A stretch of 64,000 bases of DNA from Schmidtea polychroa (GCA_044892525.1 CM097888.1:89032001-89096000), one strand, 5' to 3'. Shown: positions 11,801 to 23,269, numbered from the stretch's first letter. Program-made: numbers and translations. The notes: generated by a model not told the origin, from the letters alone.

Positions 11801-14800
11801 TGTAAATCTATAATATCTATAATTTTTTCGATCCTACCCGATGGTGACAGTAAAACTGTCGAAGTATATTGTGAAACGGATGTTTGATTGGTGCTTTATA
11901 ATAATTAAATCATTGATATTTCCTCATTCATTTCATAATATTAGTCTTATAAATAATAGTAAATAATAATAATAATGATAATGATAATTACTGTATGTTT
12001 TATTATTTATATCAACGAGTTTTTGCATTTTTTAATTAAGTAAATGTTTTTTGATTCTTTTTTAATAATTTCTTTAATGTATCTTCTCGTTCATTATTCA
12101 GGTTTAAATAGCAATAAGGTGATGTTGGTAATAATAAAAATCGCCGAGGAAAATACTGAGGGAATTTTAGTGATTAAAATGATATATTTCTGTCATATTT
12201 GTATTGAATGTTGAATATTTACTATATTTCCATAAAATTCCCTCGGTAAGTAACTGTATCATTAATAGATACTACTAGACCTCCACGAAAGGATGAAGTC
12301 AATGGGAAAAATTATTTTTTCGTGAGCCATGAAGAAATGATGAGAGATATCACAAACAATGAATATCTTGAGTATGGCACACATGAAGAAGCCATGTATG
12401 GAACTAAACTTGATACAATTCGTCACATTCATTCTGCAGGTCTCATAGCTATTCTCGATGTTGAACCACAAGCTTTAAGGGTTTTGAGAACTGCTGAATT
12501 TTCTCCTTATGTTGTATTTATCGCTGCCCCATGCCTCGCAACCATGACAGATGTACACAATCTCAATGTNNNNNNNNNNNNNNNNNNNNNNNNNNNNNNN
12601 NNNNNNNNNNNNNNNNNNNNNNNNNNNNNNNNNNNNNNNNNNNNNNNNNNNNNNNNNNNNNNNNNNNNNNNNNNNNNNNNNNNNNNNNNNNNNNNNNNNN
12701 TTGATCTATTTTAAATTTAATTTTAATTCTTTTTAGACTTTCGATAAATATTTTTTTAATATTGATCGATAGTGTAAAAAGAAATAAAAATATAGAAAAT
12801 ATAAATGTAATTGAAATAAATTTTACTATTAATTAGGTTGTTATTAAACTGATTGAATTCTTTAAAGTTATTGTTTTCAATTTGGAGAGCGCTTGAATGT
12901 AAGAATTTACTAGATCGGTTAATTGATACGAATCTTGATGGGATATCAAAGGAAACATTCGGATGTAATTGTTGCCAAATAATTATCACTTAGTTGAGGA
13001 GGCATTGAATAGCAGAGATTCCATTGATCCTCGAACGGCATCATTCGACGTGAAAATTGATCAAAGGAAATTTAATTGAGACATCATTATCATATAACAT
13101 TCATCGTTTTGGGAATTTGTTTCTTCACAATTCTTCATTTTCTATCTTCGTTAGTTTAGTGACGATAAATTCTTATCAACTCTTTCGATAATCATCTTTT
13201 TATTTCTTTGGGCCTAAGTTGGAAGCTTCAATAAATATTTGACCAATAATCATGCAAATCGACGCTATTTCGCAGCCAATCAAAATATAAAATGAAAATA
13301 ATTTATTTCATTTTCACAATAAATTTTACAACTGAATAATGGAAAATATTAACTTTACAAGTCCGCTATTCAGCTAAAATCAAAAAATCAAAATCACTTG
13401 AAAAAGGCAGTGCCTAAAATTCGTGAGTATCAAAAAAACATCGATATATTACTGATTCATAGTCAAGCATTTTAATAAATACTATATATATATATATTAA
13501 TTTTCAATAAGTAAGAGGGGCTGGGCTGTATGTGAATATAAGTTGAAATGAATGCTTAAACTTGTTGAATTAGGAAGCCTTACGTTTTTCTATTCAAATA
13601 CCATGAAAATGTTGAGCAACTCTGATATAGAATATTGATTTCTATATTTTGTATATTGCATTCTTTATTTAATAATACTAGGGGCTCTGCCCCTGTTAGC
13701 TTCGCTTCACCAACCCCGTTAGAACGTGGGGTTAATGTTAAAGTTATTATGCAAGGGTATTCTTAATATGTTTACATAACTATGATAAAAGATAATAGCA
13801 TAAACCCTTTCTAAGTAATATAGAACGATAAGTACAAAACAAAAAAATACTTCATAAAAAAAAGTAAAATTCAGATGGAGGGGACCCTTAGCTTTTTTAT
13901 ATAAGAGGGAAGAAAGAAAACAATTTCTAGAAAAAATGAACGGGTCGAAATGACAATTATATACAAATTCCCAAGCGAGTGCAACTGATTGACTGCATCA
14001 TTGCTTGCTTTCCAATCAGAACTTTCAGCGGGAAAATCGATGCGAGAGTGATAACGGATCAGTAGAAATCTATCGATTTCCCTGTGTGATCGATCAATAT
14101 AATGCTGACATGGTTGTGAGTAACAGCAATTATAGATAGGCATTGATATTTATGGTGATTTCCCACCAATCACATTCTCGGGACTTTTCTGTTCTCCCAG
14201 CAATCAATTTAGTTATTTCACATTATTATCAAATTAAAATGTTCTCATTAAATGAATTTCCCTCAATTTATTTGCATAATCAGTAAATGACTGAATAGGC
14301 AGGATAGAAATGCAGTTGAATGTTCTTGTGTCCCTGACGGGCGCAATGGAGCGCATATTAAGGGGAAATGTCAATAACTAGAAACTGAGAATCAAAATAC
14401 GATATAGTTATTCCAGGAAATTAATGAACCTTTGGGTTAGGGTATTGCGTTATATTGCATAATCGGTAGTGGAATTACATGATACAGCGTAACCAATTTA
14501 TTTTTGTGGGCCTCCAATACAAATACGTAATAATGACATCATAATTAATGTAAAATTTACTATTTGATATAAAAGCTTAATATTTTGTTTTAATGAAGTG
14601 ACCGTACATTTATTTTGATTATAAAATGATATATAATGGTTAAAATAAACATCCGTAATAAAATTCTTATTCAAGTCTTGTCGAAAACAGAGTTTACATT
14701 GGAAAAATAGACAAATATTAATTTATATTTATATTTTTCATCTTGGAATATTTTTTGGAATTCAAATAAATCATAGAAAAGTTTAAATATGTAATTCCCA

Positions 14801-17800
14801 GTAACAATTCACGACTCAATGGATACACACTATCACCCAAAAACAAAGGGAACAAAAATACCAAATACACACATTGCACGCCGCTGATTGGATGCACATC
14901 ATCAATAAGAGAAATGATCGGTGTTGCTCGTGTCTAAGTGTCACGTTATAATTGTGATTTTACAGTAATAATCTCCTATTTGAAATAAACAAAATCATTT
15001 TTCCCAATGAAATACTAATTCATGCACGAGGAAGGTAAATCAAAATAGCAATATTGTCTACAATCCAATAAGTATTAGCGATAAAATAAACAGTACAAGC
15101 TTTGTGATACCCAGTGCAAATCCCAATAGTAGACTAGTTTCGAGCTTTTGGCTCTCATCAGTACTATGCAGGAGACGCGAAGATTTCTCTTCGCGCCAGG
15201 TAAGTATACAATATTGTTGATTCAACTCTATTGCATACTTTCCTCGGTACACTGGAAATCACATCGCTTGCAAAATAGCTTGGTCACATAAAAAATCTGT
15301 AAACTTGTAAACATGGCGTATGAACATTAGCGATAACTATTTATAAAATATTGCTATATATTTCGACCGTTTACAGTCTTCTTCGGGCTAAGAATCGTAT
15401 TAATCACAACTAAATGAAAATAAAAATATTCAAACAAATTAACAACTAATAATCGTAATCAAATTGTATCAAAAAGATATTTTAATTTTAAAAACGCATA
15501 AAATTGTTTATAAATTCTCATACAAAAATCTTTTTTAAAATTAATATAAAAGATAAATTTGAATTTAAATTTAAAAGTTAAAAATTAATTTTTATACAAA
15601 GAATTTTTACAAACAACATCATCCCAAATATGAAATATACAAGTAAAATTTTTAAATACATTCAAAATCCCACTGGACACTTTGAATATTAATTATAGGA
15701 TTTAAATATCTAATTAACAACGCCTCGCATGTTATTCGTTCCCAGTAATTACTCAAACTCTTCGACAAGGCCTTAAAATCAGCAATACTAATTTTTTCTA
15801 AAATGATCACAAATGTGGGTCAATGCATTCCGTTGCAATGCTCAAGAACTCAATGCAGAGATGACTGACAGTCTCTCTAATATATGTGGCATTACACCCA
15901 TTACATGAAAATTAAGACACGAGTTCTGAACACAGACCAAATGGAATTGGAGACTTATTAGTGAACATGTTACCAACCTTGCAAGACTTTTAAACAATCC
16001 TAAATATAGTCTTATCTACATGTTTAAGGATCCTATGCTTGAATTCTCTGAAACCTTCAGAATAAGGTAATACCAACACATATTTTTGATCAGTTTGCTT
16101 AGATCTGATATTTTCACCTTCCGAACTTGACAACATATTAACTTCAACATCAAAAATAGGATCAATACCTTCAGATAAACCTGTGCAAGGATCTTGAGTA
16201 TTCAACATTCATTTATCAACCGCCTCTTTTGTCATGCGCTCAAGAAACGATTTAAAATATCCATTTTAAGAATCAATACTTCACACTTAGTGATTGCAAA
16301 ATATCCTAAAATGTAATTATCGATAAATATCGATAAAAATCAAACAATACAAATTTTTATTAAAGTTTTTTTTTAATTTAACTTATTACAAAACGCTTTC
16401 AAAAAACAACGGATTTAGGCTTTCATAATGAAAGTTTCATCATTTTATCATGACCGTATTTTTGTGCAGAAAATGCCCTTCCTGAATTGGTTGCAAGGAT
16501 CTAAGGTAGTTATAGGCCAATTCTAAGTATTTACCACGAACTTTCATATCTTCAAAGTAGATCATTTCTCTTTTGATAATTTTATTTATGGTGGGTTACT
16601 GGTAACCATACATTTTACCTTTTCGAGCTGTTTTCAGCGTAACCAAGAATACAATGATATGTCTTACCACTTGATACCCGTTGAGTGATCAACGTTTGTA
16701 ATATATCAAATGAGTGAGTACCAGCAAAAAGTGAGCATACCCCTGTATACTATAATTGTCAAGCACTCATTTGGATTCACCGACTACCGATAGAAGTCCT
16801 ATGTTCGATTTTTATTTATATCTCCTAACGTTCTTTGCTGTGGTCCTTCTGGACCTTCGAGATTTAAATTAGATTGTTCTTGTATTGTTCGTTGAAGTTT
16901 TTCTTTCATTGATAATATAACATCAGAAACAAGAGTGTGTGACACCTCTAAAACTTCTTCTATAATATCGTCAGTGTTTTCAACAAAGTTTTCACCATTT
17001 TTTTCACAATGACTCATCACCAATTTTACTATAGCTTTAGTTATTGAACTTTTACTTGTCTGATAGAATATATTGTAATCTTCTTCGTTTGATGTAAAAT
17101 AGCCTTGTGGATTATTCAAATATTGAAAAACATCTGAAAAAGTTGTTCAGCGTTCCTTGATACGTAAAATCAATTCTGATTGAAATTGATTTCTTAAATA
17201 GCTGTTTTGTTGAGACAATTCATCCAGCATAATTCTTAGAGTGATATATATCTAGGTTAAGGTCAATTAGACTTTTTCTTACCATATTTTTAATTAGCTG
17301 AAATCGTTCGAGCATATCTAGTAAACTTTTCCATCGTGATTTCGAATCCAATTTCAATTCCATTACTTTTCCAAATTATGCCTTTACATATTTTTAATGA
17401 ACACTATCATTTTGTGTAGGTGATCTGCGAAACATTTTTACGACCTTTTGTATTTGTTCAACTAGCGAGTATAATTTTGAGTCCAATATTATATTTGAAA
17501 TTTCTTCTAAGGGCGTACCATTAAGTACTCATCATCTTCACTTTCATCACCTTCATCATTATCTGGATTCTCATTATTATTTAATTCTTCATTTTTTTAT
17601 ACAGGACTTTTACCACAGCTAAATGTATATCACGTGCTAGGCAAAGCTGATGGTCAGCATTTACTAATTTTCCAACTTTTGTCATCACGGAAGCACCGTC
17701 CATTATTATTGAAATAATATTAACAATTAAAAAATTAAATTCACGCAATTTCTCACCAAATAGGTTTAACGCCATTCTCTGCTGGCATCGATCCCTACAC

Positions 17801-19542
17801 TCGCGTTAAGTTATATGTTATTCGCGTGAATATTAATATTCATATATCGGCGATTTTTAACAGATGTCAAACGTCAAACTAAATCTTTCACCACGAATAG
17901 TCCATGAAGATAACTCATTTATCATTTCATCACGTATTTTTTGGGAATACAATAAAACTATATTCCTAATTGTGTTGAATGATTTAGGAATTTGTTGATG
18001 ACCTTTACCTTTTAATAGCTCTCTCAAATCATATGACGTACAAAATGTTTTAAATGCCAGGCCATCCTTGCATGTCATCCGAGATATTATTGCAGGTTTT
18101 GATGAAAATGTTGTAAATCGGTTGATATTTTTACATTTTTTATTTCGCTTGAGCTCGAGGTTCCACAATTTAGATCTCTTTAATAGATTTATGTTATACT
18201 GTGTTCTAAGATGGCTATGTAAACCAGTAGTCATTCCGCATGAAGATTTTATGGCTTTCGGGCAACCTTTAATTGTGCATATACCTGCATTTCCATCTTT
18301 AGTGCGGTTAAAATAACTCCACGGTGAATCTTTATTCTTATCATTTACATTTGTAATATTCGCCATGCCTTGAAAAATATCAGCATGTATTAAATTTTAA
18401 AACAACTCGTTACCTTTTATAAAATTTAAGGAAATTTAACAATTTTACAAACAAAAAATTTAAACAGTTTAAGTGTGAAAACAAATTAAATTAATTAGTT
18501 GAAAAATTAAACTATCCAAAATTTTGAAAAACTTTTCATAAAATTGAAAAATGTGTGTTGGGTTATTTATGGAATTATCTATAATATTTCGAGGATTTAT
18601 CGATAATTTTAAAATGATATTTTTGTCCGATTACTCGGTTTATCGGTTTATCGATTATCGATATCGCAATCCCTATTCACATTGAATTGATAAACGTGGA
18701 TGATAAAGACCATGCATGAAAAACTAATCCTCTCACCATATTTCGCTTGTATTTATATTCACAAAATTAATTTTTCTGTCACTTTGTAGTTTAAATAATT
18801 TGATTGTCCGATATCTCATTCTCTCCAAATTTGTGTAACAATATGTATCTTTATGACCTCCCAAGCTACACTTCGTATACCTTATTTTTTTACAATCTCT
18901 TCTCACGTGTCCCGGGCTACCACATGCATAACATTCGACTACCTTTCTCTGCATCTGTGGACACTGACTTCTTACATGTCCTTGTCTTCCACATGTAAAA
19001 CATGTAACTGCCTTCATTGTTATGCAATCTCTACTCAAATGTCCTACCTTGTGACATATCCAGCATTCGTTCTTATTTCTGTTCGGTCTTTCTTCTCAAT
19101 ACTCTCTCGGTTGGCTATTATATCTTGGTAATACAATATCTCTTGTTTGATTTGTAACGGCGTCTCTGTAATTTCTTGTTATATTCTGTTCTGGTCTTCT
19201 TTCTCTCACTGCGTAGATCTCTTCTGCAACTATACGAGATTCATGTAACTTCTTGATTTTTTTCTTTACTTCCGTTGTTCCTTTGGTGTCACTTAGACAC
19301 AATTCTCGTTTCAAAGTCTTCTCGGCTGTACAGTGTACCAGCAGATATTCTGTTAAACTTTCCTTGTTTAACTCATGCCCCAATATTTTATCGACTAACT
19401 CGTCTATAATAGTAAAATATTTATCGGGCTCTTCACTAGTCTCTCTATAAGACATAGCAGATTGTAAACTTCTGCCAAACTTGTTTTTTGACGAATGCCT
19501 TTCGCAATCTTTCCTTATAACATTTGATATTTTGGTCAACTC

Positions 19543-19634
<92 letters not shown>

Positions 19635-20682
19635 GATCTGTTAGTCGATCAGTAATTCGATCATCACTTCTTGCCTTGAAGTAGGCATTTGTACCATTTT
19701 AAAATATCTATCCCATTCTTTAATTAATGTTTCAACATCATCTCCTTTATGATAATCATTTGGGAATAGCTTCTTTATGAATAAATCCATAGACGTGGTC
19801 GACATATTAGAAGCTGCTAAAATATCTTCTAAATTATTTTTTAAATCCGGTTCAAAAGTTAACGGCATAATTCCAAGTATTTATTATATGACATATTGTA
19901 TACTTTTAAACAAATTTTCAGCGTTGAATAAAATATTTTCAAACCCATTTATCAAAATATTTCAATATTTATAACATATTTATTTAAAAAATTTTTATTA
20001 ATAAAACTTCTTTTTTAAAAAGCTGTTTTAAATTTTAATTCAAAAATTTCAACTTAGAAAATCCAATTTAAAAATTATTTAAAAGTTATTTTAATAGTCA
20101 ATTAATTACAATTTAAAATTATTTTGATAAATCATTGAAATATTTAACTCTCAGCTGAAAACGCCTCACAGTAATTATTAATTCATTTAATTAATTATAA
20201 ATTATTTTAGAAAATTTTGAAATTGATATTTATTTCATTCAAATAAATATGTCCAAATTTAAATTTAATAATAATTTTTTTTTTAAATTCTTTTTCGAAT
20301 AAAAATTAATATATTATTTATTAAAATTAAAAAATTCTGTTTAAAAGATCATTGTGATAAATAAGTCAATTCAGTCATTAAAGGATTCATGGGATTCCAT
20401 GATGTTATAACGGCACTGCCAAATGTGTGCTTCAAAATTTTCTATTGTTTTTTCTAACTCTTTACTCGTTGAAAATCAGAGCTAAAATGAGATTCCGTTT
20501 TCTAGGATGGAAGTCTCGAAAGATTGTCTCGTGAAAGTGAAATGTTAGAAGTCCAATATGGGCATTATTTCGATTTGAAGATTGTCAACAATGACATAGA
20601 AGATACGATCCGTCAATTGAAGCGTTCAATTGATGAAGTCCAATCCAGTGCTCAATGGGTCCCAGTCAATTGGGTGTATTGA
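2668..20682 (+). CDS. CASK: CASK/LIN-2 MAGUK (CaMK-like C-lobe, two L27, PDZ, SH3, guanylate kinase-like), 5'-partial, spliced
   Basis: Phase-consistent GT-AG exons: 2668-2843, 2893-3096, 4887-5001, 5055-5176, 5246-5323, 5376-5465, 5515-5700, 6850-6928, 6979-7064, 8724-8792, 8847-8978, 9039-(gap at 9369), 12269-12552, 20506-20682 (TGA). Peptides [73 protein letters not shown] and the C-terminus QWVPVNWVY match CASK. YPIP probably lies in the 9369-9524 gap. Confidence 0.97.
3335..4650 (+). mobile_element. Tc1/mariner DD34E transposon, decayed, in a CASK intron
   Basis: TA at both flanks; 26-bp TIRs (3335-3360 vs 4625-4650, 20/26 match); HTH fragment ARSSVQYII; VVFSDEK, QQDNS and [12 protein letters not shown] with 34 residues between the second D and E; frameshifts and stops present. 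Confidence 0.92.
4702..4852 (-). repeat. Decayed copy of the U1-arm/hammerhead repeat (paralogue of 15081-15259)
   Basis: About 150 bp aligns to 15081-15259. Minus strand reads ATACTTACCTGGC ATATTA CTGGTGA AAGT CAAAA GCTC GAAACTAGTC TACTAT. Hairpin deleted; core and stem II mutated. Confidence 0.85.
5893..6355. repeat. Imperfect direct repeat, about 140 bp (5893-6030 vs 6212-6355), in a CASK intron
   Basis: Shared block ...gtgatcaataactgcattaatgtcaaaattata..tgtctcagttgtttgaatattagaaaacaaatt... Confidence 0.85.
7430..7800 (+). mobile_element. Mutator-like (MULE) transposase C-terminal relic with SWIM zinc finger
   Basis: [37 protein letters not shown], then after a one-base frameshift [15 protein letters not shown]. 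Confidence 0.75.
8074..8675. repeat. 22-bp minisatellite (TAATGCTCAATCAATATATTAT) split by a retroelement fragment
   Basis: Units at 8074-8140 and about 8494-8675 flank the 8141-8490 insert. Confidence 0.9.
8141..8490 (-). mobile_element. 5' fragment of the gypsy-like element at 18733-20170 (leader plus start of gag)
   Basis: Aligns with about 19812-20170; both copies begin TGTGAGG on the minus strand and encode [12 protein letters not shown]. Confidence 0.8.
9369..9524. other. Assembly gap (N-run)
   Basis: Run of N interrupting a CASK exon. Confidence 1.
10106..10200. repeat. About 95-bp dispersed repeat, second copy at 13388-13482
   Basis: Shared ...aaaggcagtgc..aaaattcgtga.ta..aaaaaacatcgatatattactgattcatagt... 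Confidence 0.85.
10480..10720 (-). mobile_element. Penelope-like element GIY-YIG endonuclease relic
   Basis: [19 protein letters not shown], then after a frameshift FDHC...NISEH...C...EAFLIK. Confidence 0.8.
10860..11400 (+). mobile_element. Penelope-like element RT-thumb/linker relic
   Basis: IVFLNMLI...[10 protein letters not shown]...[13 protein letters not shown]; ends in LVFQFTCNG (start of GIY-YIG). Confidence 0.8.
11838..11870 (+). ncRNA. Degenerate hammerhead-like motif (family 2)
   Basis: CCGATGG T GACAG-TAAAA-CTGTC GAAG TATAT T; perfect 5-bp stem II, three core mismatches; alignable to the minus-strand motif at 15351-15390. Confidence 0.45.
12570..12700. other. Assembly gap (N-run)
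   Basis: Run of N. Confidence 1.
13676..13725 (+). mobile_element. Possible terminus of a Helitron-type or other non-autonomous element
   Basis: TACTAGGGGCTCTGCCCC...CTTCGCT...CAACCCC resembles invertebrate repeat ends recalled from memory; partner end not found. Confidence 0.3.
15126..15167 (-). ncRNA. Minimal type I hammerhead ribozyme with canonical core
   Basis: Minus strand: ATAGTA (stem I) CTGATGA GAGC-CAAAA-GCTC (stem II) GAA ACTAGT (palindromic stem III) C TACTAT (stem I). All core bases canonical; predicted GUC cleavage between 15132 and 15131. Confidence 0.88.
15176..15207 (-). ncRNA. U1 snRNA 5'-arm sequence followed by an 8-bp GAAA-tetraloop hairpin
   Basis: ATACTTACCTGGC (15207-15195) equals the conserved U1 5' end; CGCGAAGA-GAAA-TCTTCGCG (15195-15176) follows. 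On the plus strand it is a perfect donor, CAG|GTAAGTAT. Not a full U1 gene. Confidence 0.55.
15351..15390 (-). ncRNA. Hammerhead-like motif (family 2) downstream of a Penelope relic
   Basis: TAGC CCGAAGA A GACTG-TAAA-CGGTC GAAA TATAT A GCAA; U4 is C; palindromic stem III. Confidence 0.55.
15750..18733 (-). mobile_element. Penelope-like element relic interrupted by a hAT insertion
   Basis: 18733-18676 encodes [18 protein letters not shown]; after the hAT, 16287-15750 continues with [20 protein letters not shown] and [14 protein letters not shown] (GIY-YIG). Confidence 0.8.
16288..18675 (-). mobile_element. hAT-family DNA transposon with both ends, decayed transposase
   Basis: TIR TAG[TG]GATTGC at both ends (9/10); 8-bp TSD ttcacact/ttcacatt (7/8); BED finger PWSYF...C..C...LHSHL, FSLTFD, MDGASVM, CLA..IHLAV, and DSKSRWKS. 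Confidence 0.92.
18733..20170 (-). mobile_element. Ty3/gypsy-like gag relic with CCHC zinc knuckles
   Basis: [14 protein letters not shown] and [14 protein letters not shown] plus a degenerate third knuckle; ORF pieces 19868-19641, 19539-19096 and 19038-18733; no pol adjacent. Confidence 0.8.
19546..19632. repeat. (TA)n microsatellite, about 43 units, inside gag
   Basis: Direct reading. Confidence 0.98.
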
Positions 20683-21552
20683 TGGCGGGAAAGTGTTTGT
20701 TGTTTGCGTCCTGTCATCATTTCTGTAATCAGAAACTTCAGGAGGATCTCAACTTTTGAACTGTTGCGTCTGACAATTATTATTATGATGGCAACAACCA
20801 CGACGACATGGTATAATTATGTACAATTTACTCTATATTCGTTTGTCAGGTTTCTTAGCTGATTCAATTTTGCATGTTGCCGCATTTATCGGTGGTCGGT
20901 TGGTTATTTTATGGCAATAATGATTTCTGCATGTCTTGAGATATTCTTTTATCTTTATTATTTACTACAATTCTCTTCTGTTAAATGCCTGATATCAAAT
21001 CGCTTTTAATAGATTTCCTTCTTTACCGTTTGCTGCTATACAGGTCTCATTGAAAATATCATTGGACTATCTCTCTCGCTCTCGCTCACGCGCGCGCTCT
21101 CTCTCTCTCTAATCTATCTCTATCTCTATCTATCTATTCTAGCCATAGATTTATTCGACAATTTCCTGTAAAAAGCAGAAATGTGTGATTGTGTTATAAA
21201 TTTGTTCTAATTCATATTTTCCAATTATTTTCATTTATTTGTAATTCGAAGAATTAAAGATTTAGTTCAAATTTTTCCTGGAATATTTCGGTAATTGTCG
21301 GTACCTGATTGCAGGTTGATTTTGATTGGTCCCTCTTATTATTTCTGCCGTAGGAGATTTTATAACCATTTCTATTGGGATTAAGGGTTTCTACAAGGAT
21401 CGGCAATTGCGGTGGGCGGGGGGGGCGGGTGTTGGCGCACAACTTTCGAACCCGATTTTGATTTATTTCTTAATTATTTTTAATTAGAAACGAATTAAAT
21501 TGAAATATTTAATTATTATATTTAATATTGATCTTTGAATTAATATTTAATT

Positions 21553-22510
21553 AATCGATTAAATAATATTTGAATAATCAATTTAATAATATTTGAATAA
21601 TCGATTTAATAATATTTGAATAATCGATTTTATAATATTTGAATATTCGATTTAATAATATTTGAATAATCGATTTTATTATACTTGAATAATCGATTTT
21701 ATAATATTTGAATATTCGATTTAATAATATTTGAATAATCGATTTAATAATATTTGAATAATCGATTTTATAATATTTGAATATTCGATTTAATAATATT
21801 TGAATAATCGATTTTATTATACTTGAATAATCGATTTTATAATATTTGAATATTCGATTTAATAATATTTGAATAATCGATTTTATAATATTTGAATATT
21901 CGATTTAATAATATTTGAATAATCGATTTTATTATACTTGGATAATCGATTTTATTATATTTGAATAATCGATTTAATAATATTTGAATAATCGATTTTA
22001 TTATACTTGAATAATCGATTTATAATATTTGATTATTCGATTTAATAATGTTTGAATAATCGATTTTATAATATTTGAATAATCGATTTAATAATATTTG
22101 AATAATCGATTTAATAATATTTGAATAATCGATTTTATAATATTTGAATATTCGATTTAATAATATTTGAATAATCGATTTTATTATACTTGAATAATCG
22201 ATTTAATAATATTTGAATAATCGATTTAATAATATTTGAATAATCGATTTAATAATATTTGAATAATCGATTTTATAATATTTGAATATTCGATTTAATA
22301 ATATTTGAATAATCGATTTTATTATACTTGAATAATCGATTTTATTATATTTGAATAATCGATTTAATAATATTTGAATAATCGATATAATTATATTTGA
22401 ATAATCGATTCAATAATATTTGAAAAATCGATTCAATAATATTTGAAAAATCAATTTTATAATATTTGAATAATCGATTTTATTATATTTGAATAATCGA
22501 TTTTATAATA
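21553..22510. repeat. 23-bp AT-rich minisatellite, about 41 units
   Basis: Units TAATAATATTTGAATAATCGATT, TTATAATATTTGAATATTCGATT and TTATTATACTTGAATAATCGATT abut with no spacers. Confidence 0.97.
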
Positions 22511-22519
22511 TTTGGAAAA

Positions 22520-23100
22520 CTGCGTAAGTTGTTGGCCCATATCGAATGATCTATAATTTTAGGAATTTCTGTTGTTTCTTTTCTCACTCGTTTACAGTTT
22601 CTATAGGCTGATGGAACAGCTCCAGGAATTGCTAGATCAGATCGATAAACTTTCTGAGCTGGTGAATATTCTGGATTTTCTGCACAATTTCATAGATAAA
22701 ATATTTTTGGTAATAATTTTGTCCAATGTTTTACGAGTAGTATTTGATGCTGTCGTAAGTGCCTCTTAAAGTTCGATGTAATCTTTCAATTTTTCCGATA
22801 GTATGAGAATTATTGAGGTTGTCGGTAGTACATTTGTATCAAATCAAATAACTACTATTTGACTCTGAGCATGTTTTATTCGGCAACAATAACGAATTCC
22901 GAACAATATAACTTTTTTGAATACCACAAATGGTTATAACGATTACAATGTCACAAATTTCTCAATACAACTCAAACGTATTCGGGCGCTTATTACAACC
23001 ATTAGGGAGGAACAGCACTTTTGGAACACTTTAATTGTACGACCAATTAACAGCTGTTAGTGGCTGACACCTCGCTCAATTGATCCGGTCGCTACGATCA
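22520..23100 (-). mobile_element. Gypsy-like integrase relic
   Basis: TIGKIERLHRTLR motif; 22560-22770 is the reverse complement homologue of 28800-28990 (VYGSDL.IPG). Confidence 0.7.
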
Positions 23101-23269
23101 TATTCCTTTTTCTACTTCTCTTTGGCTGTTTAGTTTTAACTTTTAACAAAATAACTTAATCAAACAAATTGATTTTCAGAACACTAGATTTTAAAGCTTA
23201 AAATAATAATGCATCCTAGTTATTATTTTTAACAGCAATTATATATTAAAAATTACCGTTGTTTCTGAC

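Noticed and set aside
14434-14445. Telomere-like GGGTTAGGGT
   Set aside because: A single unit; expected by chance.
13900-14500. Helitron helicase relic
   Set aside because: Only vague similarity; no diagnostic motifs and no 3' hairpin-CTAG end found.
15176-15207. A functional U1 snRNA gene
   Set aside because: Only the 5' arm matches; no U1-70K loop, no exact U1A loop, no Sm site or terminal stem in register.
21553-22510. CRISPR-like array
   Set aside because: Units abut with no unique spacers, no cas genes, eukaryotic context.
22572-22769. Leu-rich plus-strand ORF
   Set aside because: Antisense shadow of a gypsy integrase relic.
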